Of a DNA stretch of 64,000 bases, positions 26,485 to 37,029 are shown piece after piece (the stretch's first letter is position 1; each line of letters starts with the position of its first letter). A program made the translations under genes and the position numbers. The stretch is taken from positions 101,930,001 to 101,994,000 of the forward strand of contig NC_086107.1 in the NCBI RefSeq assembly GCF_963921235.1, in the 5' to 3' direction. The stretch is from Mobula hypostoma (lineage: Eukaryota). The notes under the pieces are model-generated. The model was not told the origin of the DNA and searched no databases. It saw nothing but the letters and a program-made list of their open reading frames with translations.

Positions 26485-27317
26485 AGAATCAAGTTTATTA
26501 TCACTGGCATGTGTCGTGAAATTTGTTAACTTAGCAGCAGCAGTTCAATGCAATACATAATATAGAAGAAAAAAACAAAATAAAATTAGAATAATAAATC
26601 AATCAATCAATTACAATATACATTTATTGAGAAGATTAAAATTCGTGCAAAAACCAGGAATAATATATATTAAAAAAGTGAGGTAGTGTCCAAGGGTTCA
26701 ATGTCCATTTAGGAATCAGATGGCAGAGGGGAAGAAGCTGTTCCTGAGTCGCTGAGTGTGTGCCTTCAGGCTTCTGTACCTCCTACCTGATGGTAACAGT
26801 GAGAAAAGGACATGCCCTGGGTGCTAGAGGTCCTTAATAATGAACACTGCCTTTCTGAGATACTGCTCCTTGAAGATGTCCTGGGTACTTTGTAGGCTAG
26901 TACCCAAGATGGAGCTGACTAAATTTACAACCCTCTGCAGCTTCTTTTGGTCCTGTGCAGTAGCCCCTCCCCCCCATACCAGACAGTGATGCGGCCTGTC
27001 AGAATGCTCTCCACAGTACACCTATAACAGTTTTTGAGTGTATTTGTTGACATACCAAATCTCTTCAAACTCCTAATGAAGTATAGTCGCTGTCTAGCCT
27101 TCTTTATAACTGCATCAAAATGTTGGGACCAGGTTAGATCCTCAGAGATCTTGACACCCAGGAACTTGAAACTGCTCACGCTCTCCACTTCTGATCCCTC
27201 TATGAGAATTCATCTTACCCTTCATCTTACCCTTCCTGAAGTCCACAATCAGCTCTTCCGTCTTACTAACATTGAGTGCCAGGTTGTTGCTGCGACACCA
27301 CTCCACTAGTTGGCATC
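26485..27317 (-). mobile_element. Rex1/Babar-like LINE 3' fragment
   Basis: SFKFLGVKISEDLTWSQH...KKARQRLYFIRSLKRFG...YRCTVESILTG. Confidence 0.88.
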
Positions 27318-27688
27318 AATGGTTGCCTCTACTTTGCTCTTTGAACCATCTCAGTATCTGCCTGCAGCAATCCGTGGCCCTCCCAATTACTTACAATTCC
27401 TCCTAGTTTTGTATCATAGTTAAGCATGATGTTTAGCCAAATTTTTGAACGTATGCAGTGCAAAGGAGTGGCTTGACTTGCCCAACTATTGTGAGAAAGT
27501 GCACATCCAACCAATTTACTAACATCCTACTTAATTGAATTATCAATACAGTTATAGTTTTAGACTTCTTTTATTATGACGTTAAATTGCAATATATCAA
27601 CTGAATCAAAGAGACATTATGTTGACTCTCCCCACCATATTTAATGCAGAACATGAGGGTAACCTGAATTAATCCCTTTTCCCTACAG

Positions 27689-27802
27689 ATGTTCCTGATT
27701 CTCCAGAGAATGTGTGTTTGTTTGTAACTGGCAGTACATCTCTTCAGGTCACATTTGAGGAACCACGAAAGACAGACACCTTGATAATCACGCGATATAA
27801 AG
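27689..27802 (+). CDS. ANKFN1: ANKFN1-like exon D, start of FN3 domain
   Basis: cag acceptor, gtagtt donor, phase 1 to 1. (H)VPDSPENVCLFVTGSTSLQVTFEEPRKTDTLIITRYK. Confidence 0.92.
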
Positions 27803-28834
27803 GTAGTTTTAACCATCTGACTCATTGTTGTAATTGCTACGGCTCTAATGTGTCTATTGTACAATTTCCAAGTGTTCACAGAATTTTTTTTAAATGTTGG
27901 TTAAAACAGCAAACAACTGATTAATACAGGAGGGTAATTTCCATTGTTCTTTATGACATTGAAGGAGGCCATTTGGTCCACCGAGTCTCTGCTGGCTCAC
28001 ACAGGAATCCCATTGCTCCACTGATTTTCTCTGTAGTTTATTCTCTCTATATTTCCATCAATTCCACCCAACATTACCATTTACTGTCACTCTAGGACAA
28101 TTTAACCTAACCTAATTAACCTACCATCATGTTCAAACAACCATTCACAGTGAGTAGGTGACCTAAGTTGCCATCAGGGCATTCGGTTAGGGGAGATAAA
28201 TACTGACTATGGAACCCTATGCAAATTATTGTGGTGGTGTGCAGAAACAAATATGACCAACTAAGATCTTTACTTAAGCAGTAAAAAAGCCCATTAACAC
28301 TCCCTGTTAACAGGAATTAACTGGGACTTGGACAAAGTCTGGGAGAGTAACTCCCACAGATGTATGTTTACCAGAACAAAAGACACAAGATATTTGATCA
28401 AAATCCTGGACTCTAGATTGATGGTTGTTTTGTTTCATGGAGCTGCCAGTACTGACCTCATCAAGAGCTATAGGGTACGTTAGAGATGGGTCTTTTTATA
28501 TGTCTGCCTTCAACACCAGCACCAGGCCATCGCCAGAATTTACCCTACTACTGCAGAGTGAGTTTGATATCCAGGCAGCAGCCAGCTGAACTGCTCAATC
28601 CATCCATGGAGTTTAACGATTTTCTGATCACTAATTTATACAGGACTCCTTGGCTTAAAGATAAGTCTGGAAGGTTGCACTCCACAGAAAAAATAACTAA
28701 TGGTTTGGAACTCATTTTCCTGGACAGGGGAGAATGAATACTATTGTTGTAGTGCTGCTTTTGGGTATGGGGTCTACAATTGGTTTATCAATAGTATGGT
28801 CAATGGGGAATCCAGGAGAAGCTTCTTCTTCCGG

Positions 28835-29066
28835 ACCACTCTCCTATCAGGTTCCTTCTTCTCCAGCCCTTCGCCTTTCCTGCCCACCTGGCTCCACCTA
28901 TCACCTTCTAGCTTATCTTCCTTCCCCTCCCCCACCTTTTTATTCTGGCATCTTCTCCCTCCCTTTCCAGTCCTGAAGAAAGGTCTTGGCCTGAAACATT
29001 GACTGTTTATTCATTTCCATAGATACTGCCTGATCTGCTGAGTTCCTCCAACATTTTGTGCGTGTT
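28835..29066 (+). mobile_element. Penelope-like 3' terminal fragment
   Basis: Pyrimidine-rich ctctcctatcag... followed by the terminus gatactgcctgatctgctgagttcctccaacattttgtg. Confidence 0.8.
28967..29005 (+). ncRNA. Minimal type I hammerhead ribozyme motif (PLE-associated), intact core
   Basis: CCAGTC CTGAAGA A AGGT-CTTG-GCCT GAA ACAT T GACTG. Stem I CAGTC/GACTG, stem II AGGT/GCCT, core CUGANGA and GAAA. Activity unknown. Confidence 0.7.
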
Positions 29067-29559
29067 ATTTCTTCTTCCAGTTCTTGTGGAGGACATGGAT
29101 AGAATAAGCACTTTTAGGGAGAAGAAGAGAATAGAAAGATATGTTGACAGGATGAAATGAAATAGGGTGCATGGAGTCTGTGTAGAATACCAACACTGGC
29201 AATGACCATTTGGGCATGATGACTAATCTCAATGCAAAGCATCCTGTGTAATACCTTGTAAATGCCAATTGCTTGGGCGCTGTAGAAGAGCAAGAAATTG
29301 CAAAGCGCCAAGAAGTGTGTCTAAATAGCTTCATCTTCAACAGAGAGAATTGGCTGAATTTCTTTCAAAATGCACAATGTTCATCATTCAAAAATGGAGT
29401 GAACAAAGGGGCAGAAGTGGTAGATGGCATTGGACTATAAAGTAATAAGATTGTGGGTGGGGACAGCTGAAGTACATCTGCAAGGAAGACAAAAACTGTA
29501 TGTATAGTTGTAGTGCATGAATTTGGAAAGCTTGAAGTTAAATTCACCATGTGGGATTC

Positions 29560-30350
29560 AGAGGGAATGATCGAAACATGGCTCAAATAAAAGGACTGAG
29601 TATTCAGTATTTCCTAGATATGAGATATTTAGAAAAGATAGGGAATGAAGAACAGGAGGCAAAATTGATTAGGAAAAAAATAATGTAATGATCAAGTAAG
29701 GGCAGGGATATCTTTACATGGTCATGGATTGAATCCACTTGCAGGAAAGATACTATCGTAGTACTGGAGTTAATTGTCAGGCTACTTAATATTGAGAGGG
29801 AGATAGAGGAACAAATCAACATAGAGCTGCAGAGACGTGCAGGGACAGTAGAATGGTGATAGTAGAAGAAGTTAATTCCTCAGCATTCTGGTGAACTTCT
29901 TTCAACTCGTCATTTTTGCCCTTACAAGTAAGTAGGGGCATTGCTGGATCTGGTACTGGAGAATATGGCAAACCAATTTGCTGTTAATTTCTTAATGAAG
30001 TTTAAGATCTTAGGAATACTTAAAGAGGTGAAAAAATCAGGAGGCATTAATTAGAGAAGACTATCTGTGCTTAAAGTAAATAAGTTTGGTTTGGATGGCA
30101 GACATTCTAGATGGCTAAGCACAGTGGAATTGATTAATTTTCTACTCATCCCTGGGTATGTGAGAGGTTTCAGAGCTCTAGCAAATAGCAAGCGTGACAA
30201 TCGTATTCAAGACATGAGAAAATGCTGGCAACTATGGACCAGTCTGGATCACCTCTGTTATAGAAATCTTTTGGAAAGAGTTAACAGCCAACATGGATTC
30301 AACCATCTGAATGGCCTCTTTCTGCACCAGAAGGATTTTTGTGACCCTGC
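29560..30350 (+). mobile_element. Highly degenerate CR1 remnants
   Basis: atgatcgaaacatggct, gagagggagatagaggaacaaatc, ttgctggatctggtactggagaat. Confidence 0.45.
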
Positions 30351-30805
30351 AGTTTCCAGGTAGTCGCCAGGAAAATTGTTGGAAAACTGTTCTGTCTCAA
30401 CTTTCTGTCAGTAAGAGCCCGTTGTTAATTCTCAAAGGGAAGTCATTTAACTCTCATTTGTATGTGTGTACAGCCGCATCAATATAAAATTCCTTATCCT
30501 AAACTTGAAACAACACAGAGGAGGGCTATTTGTCCCATCAAGTCTATACCAGATCCTAAGGGAGCAATTACATTAGTCTCATCCGCCCTCTCCTTAATTC
30601 ACTGTACCCCTGTACCTTTTTTCACTCATATATGCTCAGCAATTCCCCTTTGGTTCTTTTTGCCATTGGCCTGCATTATGGGGTAATATACAGCAGCCTG
30701 TTAACTCACCATATGTCTTTGGGATGTGGGATAATGCTGGGGCACCCAGAAGGCTCCTATGTGATCACAGAGAGAATGTGGAAACTGAGACAGACAGTGC
30801 TCAAG

Positions 30806-33370
30806 CAACATACATAAAAGTTGCTGGTGAACGCAGCAGGCCAGGCAGCATCTCTAGAAAGAGATGCAGTCAACGTTTCAGGCCGAGACCCTTTGTCAGG
30901 ACTAACTGAAGGAAGAGTGAGTAAGGGATTTGAAAGTTGGAGGGGGAGAGGGAGATCCAAAATGATAGGAGAAGACAGGAGGGGGAGGGATGGAGCCAAG
31001 AGCTGGACAGGTGATAGGCAAAAGGGATACGAGAGGATCATGGGACAGGAGGTCTGGGAAGAAAGACAAGGGAGGGGGGAACGCAGAGGATGGGCAAGGG
31101 GTATATTCAGAGGGACAGAGGGAGAAAAAGGAGAGTGGGAGAAAGAATGTGTGTATAAAAATAAGTAACAGATGGGGTACGAGGGGGAGGTGGGGCATTA
31201 GCGGAAGTTAGAGAAGTCGATGTTCATGCCGTCAGGTTGGAGGCTACCCAGACGGAATATAAGGTGATGTTCCTCCAACCTGAGTGTGGCTTCATCTTTA
31301 CAGTAGAGGAGGCCGTGGATAGACATGTCAGAATGGGAATGGGATGTGGAATTAAAATGTGTGGCCACTGGGAGATCCTGCTTTCTCTGGCGGACAGAGC
31401 ATAGGTGTTCAGCAAAGCGGTCTCCCAGTCTGCGTCGGGTCTCGCCAATATATAAAAGGCCACATCGGGAGCACCAGACGCAGTATATCACCCAGACAAC
31501 TCACAGGTGAAGTGTTGCCTCACCTGGAAGGACTGTTTGGGGCCCTGAATGGTGGTAAGGGAGGAAGTGTAAGGGCATGTGTAGCACTTGTTCCGCTTAC
31601 ACGGATAAGTGCCAGGAGGGAGATCAGTGGGGAGGGATGGGGAGGACGAATGGACAAGGGAGTCGCGTAGGGAGCGATCCCTACGGAATGCAGAGAGAGG
31701 GGGGGAGGGAAAGATGTGCTTAGTGGTGGGATCCCGTTGGAGGTGGCGGAAGTTACGGAGAATAATATGTTGGACCTGGAGGCTGGTGGGGTGGTAGGTG
31801 AGGACCAGGGGAACACTATTCCTAGTGGGGTGGCGGGAGGATGGAGTGAAAGCAGATGTACGTGAAATGGGGGAGATGTGTTAAGAGCAGAGTTGATAGT
31901 GGAGGAAGGGAAGCCCCTTTCTTTAAAAAAGGAAGACATCTCCCTCGTCCTAGAATGAAAAGCCTCATCCTGAGGGCAGATGCGACGGAGACGGAGGAAT
32001 TGCGAGAAGGGGATGGCGTTTTTGCAAGAGACAGGGTGAGAAGAGGAATAGTCCAGATAGCTGTGAGAGTCAGTAGGCTTATAGTAGACATCAGTGGATA
32101 AGCTGTCTCCAGAGACAGAGACAGAAAGATCTAGAAAGGGGAGGGAGGTGTCGGAAATGGACCAGGTAAACTTGAGGGCAGGGTGAAAGTTGGAGGCAAA
32201 GTTAATAAAGTCAACGAGCTCTGCATGCGTGCAGGAAGCAGCGCCAATGCAGTCGTCGATGTAGCGAAGGAAAAGTGGGGGACAGATACCAGAATAGGCA
32301 CGGAACATAGATTGTTCCACAAAGCCAACAAAAAGGCAGGCATAGCTAGGACCCATACGGGTGCCCATAGCTACACCTTTAGTTTGGAGGAAGTGGGAGG
32401 AGCCAAAGGAGAAATTAATAAAAGTAAGGACTAATTCCGCTAGATGGAGCAGAGTGGTGGTAGAGGGGAACTGATTAGGTCTGGAATCCAAAAAGAAGCG
32501 TAGAGCTTTGAGACCTTCCTGATGGGGGATGGAAGTATATAGGGACTGGACATCCATGGTGAAAATAAAGCGGTAGGGGCCAGGGAACTTAAAATCATCG
32601 AAAAGTTTAAGAGCGTGAGAAGTGTCACGAACATAGGTAGGAAGGGATTGAACAAGGGGGGATAAAACCGTGTCGAGGTATGCAGAAACGAGTTCGGTGG
32701 GGCAGGAGCAAGCTGAGACAATAGGTCGGCCAGGACAGGCAGGTTTGTGGATCTTGGGTAGGAGGTAGAAACGGGAAGTGCGAGGTGTGTGAACTATAAG
32801 GTTGGTAGCAGTGGATGGGAGATCCCCTGAGCGGATAAAGTCGGTGGTGGTGTGGGAAACAATGGCCTGGTGCTCCTTAGTGGGGTCACAATCGAGGGGT
32901 AAATAAGAGGAGGTATCCGCGAGTTGTCGCTGTGCCTCAGCAAGGTAGAGGTCAGTACGCCAGACTACAACAGCACCCCCCCTTATCGGCGGGTTTAATA
33001 ATAAGGTTAGGATTAGTGCGGAGGGAGTGGAGAGCAGAGCGTTCCGAAGGAGTGAGGTTGGAATGGGGAAAAGGTGCGGTGAAGTCGAGACAGTTGATGT
33101 CCCGTCGGCAGTTAGCGATAAAGAGATCCAGAGCAGGCAGAAGACCAGAGCAGGGTGTCCATGAAGAAGAGGAGGGTTGAAGATGGGAGAAGGGGTCATC
33201 GGTGGGGGTGGAAGAGTCCTTGCCGAAGAAGTAGGCTCGGAGACGGAGACGGCGGAAGAAAAGTTCCGTATCATGGCGAACACGGAACTCACTGAGGTGT
33301 GGGCAAAGGGGGACAAAGGTGAGGCCCTTACTGAGGACAGAGCGCTCTGCCTCCGACAGTTGAAGGTCGG
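30806..33370 (-). mobile_element. Young 5'-truncated Penelope-like retroelement (RT + GIY-YIG)
   Basis: RT motifs FYLLPKIHK, GRPIVS, MDVQSLYTSIP, GVAMGTRMGPSYA, LRYIDD, FLDL, VYYKPT. GIY-YIG IYCVWCSRCGLLYIGETRRRLGDRFAEH. TSD agtgctcaag at 30796-30805 and 33371-33380. Confidence 0.95.
30867..30904 (-). ncRNA. Hammerhead motif in PLE terminus (one core change)
   Basis: Minus strand: TAGTC CTGACAA AGGGTCTCGGCCT GAA ACGT T GACTG. Confidence 0.6.
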
Positions 33371-33495
33371 AGTGCTCAAGGCCAGGATCAAACCCTAGTC
33401 ACCCGAGGGATGAGGTAGTAGCAGTAGTTACATTCATTCTGATTTTAACTCCATATCCTTCTCTTAATTGGATTGATACAATTTGTGTCTTTCAG

Positions 33496-33593
33496 TGGAG
33501 TGGAGTTACTCTGAAACCTTTGAAACCAGAGCAGGAGTTGCTGTTGTCGAGGATCTGAAGTCCCTGCAGTTAGCAATTGAAGGCCTCGTCACG
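33496..33593 (+). CDS. ANKFN1: ANKFN1-like exon E, FN3 domain
   Basis: ttcag acceptor, gtaagt donor, phase 1 to 0. (V)EWSYSETFETRAGVAVVEDLKSLQLAIEGLVT. Not in the ORF track. Confidence 0.88.
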
Positions 33594-34494
33594 GTAAGTG
33601 GCAGCATGACATATTCTTATGGCTTTGCCTAGAAATAGGTTTTAACAGTGCCTGTTTATATGTATAAATTAAACAAACTTGTTGAACTCCTTGTTCCCAT
33701 TTCTTCCCATGACCCTGCCCATTGGGAAAGTGACTCTGGCAGTCGCAGCTCTCATTCACCCAAAACATGCCATTTCCCTGTCGTACTGTGTATGCACAAT
33801 AATATCATGAACAGGCACAGCCACCATTAATTATTTACCAACAGAAAATGGATTAAAAGGCCATGACCTTCAAATTCAACTCACAATAATAAAAAATGAA
33901 AAGACAGAGTCCTGAATCATGTTGCATTTTAAAAAGTCCCTGCTGGAGTATCATTTTTATACTTTATAAATTTCCTCTACCAATCGCATTCAAAATCTCA
34001 TTGCTGAAGACACTGATCATAGATTGAGACATCTCTGCACTAATAACGATGCTATCTGGCTCAAGGTCTCACTTACGTTATATTCATAAACACCCTTTTG
34101 CATGAAATATTACTTTACAGCTCTGCAATCTACAAGTCAATGTTTGCATACTTATTTTCAAATCAATTTGCAAATACGATGGTGCAGCATTAATGGTAGA
34201 AGAATGTGCTGCACTATAACCAATGCTTCTGTAAAATCCACATTATATCCATTATTTTTAATATGCAAAACTATGCAAACTATCAACAGCTCTGCTGCCT
34301 TTGTTTAAAAAAAAAATTAAGAGAGAAGTTAAGATAAATCCAACAATAATTTATAATACTCCCACTGTTTTTTATCTTACCATTTCGCCAACAATCATGC
34401 AAGTGGTTCTAGTTTGAACATTTAAGCAAAATCTAACACTAATGGATCTTTTCTTTTGGTAATCAAACATGCAAATAGTTTCATGAGAGTCATA

Positions 34495-35290
34495 GTAAAT
34501 TTGCAGCATTGAATGAGGCTATAGCCCATCATGTCAACACTAGTCAAAAAAGAGCTGCTCAACCTAACTACACCTTACAACAGTCCTGTTGAGCTGCAGG
34601 TATATTTCCAGGCAGTTCTGAAGGAATTTTCCCCTCTCTCTATCATTTAGACAGTGAGTTTCAAATACCTCCTGGCTGAAAACTTATTTCTTCATCTTTC
34701 CTAATCCATTCTATCCTTCCACTGATAATTTAAATCTATTCTCCCTGGTTTTTTGACTATTCAACTAAGGAAAAAAAGGACTCTATCCAGGCCGTTATTA
34801 ATTTTATGCTCCTCATTTAGGTCTCCCATTGGCCTGCCCATTAGCAAATTAAAACCCCAGACCTTTGAATCTTTCTTCATCGCTAAAATTCCAGATCTGG
34901 CAACATTCTTGCAAATTTCCTCTGCACCCCTTTCATTCAATCATATCATTCCTTTGATGTGGTGACCGGAACTGTACACAGTATTCACACTGTGATCTAA
35001 CAAGTCTTGTGTTCAGTTCCATCAGAACCTCCTGCTCTCACATTGCATGCCTTAACCAGCAAAGGGAAGTAGCCCGTGTGCCTTCTTAACATTTATCTAC
35101 CAGTCCTGCTAAAGATCAATGGCACGCACTACAAGACCTTTGTGTCCTCCGCAATCCTCCTATTTATTGTGTAGTCTTTGTCTTCCTATATTTCACTAAA
35201 CATGTTATCTCACACAGGATTAAACTTCATTTGCCATTCTTCTGTCTAATTGATCAGATTGTCCTAAAGATGAAAGCCTCTTATGTCTTG
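34495..35290 (-). mobile_element. Degenerate CR1 fragment
   Basis: aacattcttgcaaatttcctctgcacccc...tggtgaccggaactgtacacagtattc (reverse of EYCVQFxSP). Confidence 0.65.
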
Positions 35291-35315
35291 TCAACATATT
35301 GACCAGTTGTTATTA

Positions 35316-36143
35316 TCACAAACAAGAGAAAATGTGCAGATGCTGGAAATCCAAGCAACACACGCAAAATGCTGGAATAATTCAGCAGGCCAGGCAGCAT
35401 TTTTAGGAAAAGAGTATAGTCGACGTTTTGTGTCAAGACCCTTCATCAGGACTGGAGAAAAAAAGATGAGGAGTCAGAGTAAGAAGATGAGGGGAGGGGA
35501 GGAAGAAGGACAAGGTGATAGTGAAACTGGGGGGGGTGAAGTAAAGAGCTCAGAAGTTGATAGGTGAAATAGATACAGGGCTAGAGAAGGGGGAATCTGA
35601 TAGGAGAGGATAGAAGACCATGGAAGAAAGAAAAGGGGGAGGAGAACCAGAGAGAAGTAATGGGCAGGTAAGGAGATAAGGTGAGAGAGAGAAATGGGAA
35701 TGGAGAATGGTGAAGGAGAGTGGGGCATTACCAGAAGTTCAAGAAATTAACGTTCATGCCATCAGGTTGGAGGCTACCCAGACAGAATATAAGGTGTTGC
35801 TCCTCCAACCTGAGTGTGGCCTCATCGTGACAGTAGAGGAGGCCGTGGACTGACATGTCGAATGGGAATGGGAAGTGGATCCTCTCCTATCAGATTCCCC
35901 CTTCTCTAACCTCTATCTCTTTCACCTATGAACTTGCCAGCTCTTTACTTCGCTTGCCCCCCCCCGCCCTGGTTTCACCTATCACCTTGTGTCTCTTCCT
36001 CCCCTCCCTTCACCTTCTTACTCTGACTGCTCATCTTTTTTACTCCAGTCCTGATTAAGGGTCCTGGCCCAAAATGTGGACTGTACTCTTTTGCTTAGAT
36101 GTTGCCTGACCTGCTGAGTTCCTCCAGCATTTTGTGTGTGTTG
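35316..36143. mobile_element. Penelope-like inverted two-arm insertion with 11-bp TSD
   Basis: Minus arm to ~35878, plus arm after it. TSD agttgttatta at 35305-35315 and 36144-36154. Confidence 0.88.
35417..35455 (-). ncRNA. Hammerhead motif in PLE terminus (GAAA mutated)
   Basis: Minus strand: CCAGTC CTGATGA AGGGTCTTGACAC AAA ACGT C GACTA. Confidence 0.55.
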
Positions 36144-36199
36144 AGTTGTTATTAAACCTCTTTAACATGCCACCTATATTTAAATCTAAGTACAAAATA

Positions 36200-36333
36200 A
36201 ATCCTGCTGACGGGTCTCAACCAGAAGTGTTGACTGTTTACTCTTTTCCAAAACTGCTGCCTGGCCTGCTGAGTTCCTCCAGCATTCTGTGTGTGTTGCT
36301 TTGATTTCCAAAATCTGCAAATTTTCTTGTTTC
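36200..36333 (+). mobile_element. Short PLE terminal fragment
   Basis: cctgctgacgggtctcaacc...gctgagttcctccagcattctgtgtgtgttgc...atctgcaaattttcttgttt. Confidence 0.75.
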
Positions 36334-36754
36334 TGACAAAAAATGGAAATCCTTTTTCAGCCACATGTAGCCCAACACAAGGGTAAAAATAGAGGTAATA
36401 TGGGAGATTTTGCACAGATTTGTGAGACTGGTAATGGGAGGCCCAAATGATGTCAGCATTTCAATATGGGTTATTGAAGGACACTGAGGTGCAAGGGAAT
36501 AAGGGATTGTATCTTGGAAAGGATTGGGGCAGTCAACCTATTTCCATGTTGTAGCTTGTAGCTCTATAAGATTCCATGTAATAAGGAAACTAACTTGTTT
36601 TCATGGTCTACACTCATAAGTGAAAAATTCGTTTGTATCAGAGTTAACACCCACATATTGAAAATAAGTTATTTCAATTTGAGTCACATGTTCAATTGTT
36701 AATCAATTATAGCATCAGCCTACCCTTATGATTCAATGACAATGATCAAATGCC

Positions 36755-36960
36755 CTAAATAAAAACAGAAAAGGCTGGATATACTCAGCAAGTCATGCTG
36801 CATTTGTGGGAAGAGAAATGGAGCTAATGTTTCAGGTCAAAAACCTCTTGTCAGAACTGGAAAGGAGACAAAAGAAGCTGCACGGAGGGAAGCGGTCTCC
36901 CGTGGGGTAAAACAGGATGGGGATGTGACCATAGGGCTCTTACGTTATATGTTAATGATC
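36755..36960 (-). mobile_element. Old PLE terminal fragment
   Basis: aaaacagaaaaggctggatatactcagcaagtca...gtttcaggtcaaaaacctcttgtcagaactgg (degenerate hammerhead). Confidence 0.6.
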
Positions 36961-37029
36961 AGGATAATGGAATTGATTAGCTGGTTCAGTAGTATCGCAG
37001 CAACAACCTTGGCCTCAACGTCAGTAAGA

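Larger units (their letters stand above)
30505..33425 (-). mobile_element. V-SINE/HE1-like SINE split by a PLE (pieces ~30505-30805 and 33371-33425)
   Basis: gggcacccagaaggctcctatgtgatcacagagagaatgtggaaact...agtgctcaag resumes as gccaggatcaaaccc. Confidence 0.65.

Noticed and set aside
31520..33391. 623-aa ORF as a domesticated or novel host protein
   Set aside because: It is a truncated PLE RT. The N- and C-terminal parts read out of the native frame, and the ORF start lies in the flanking SINE/TSD.
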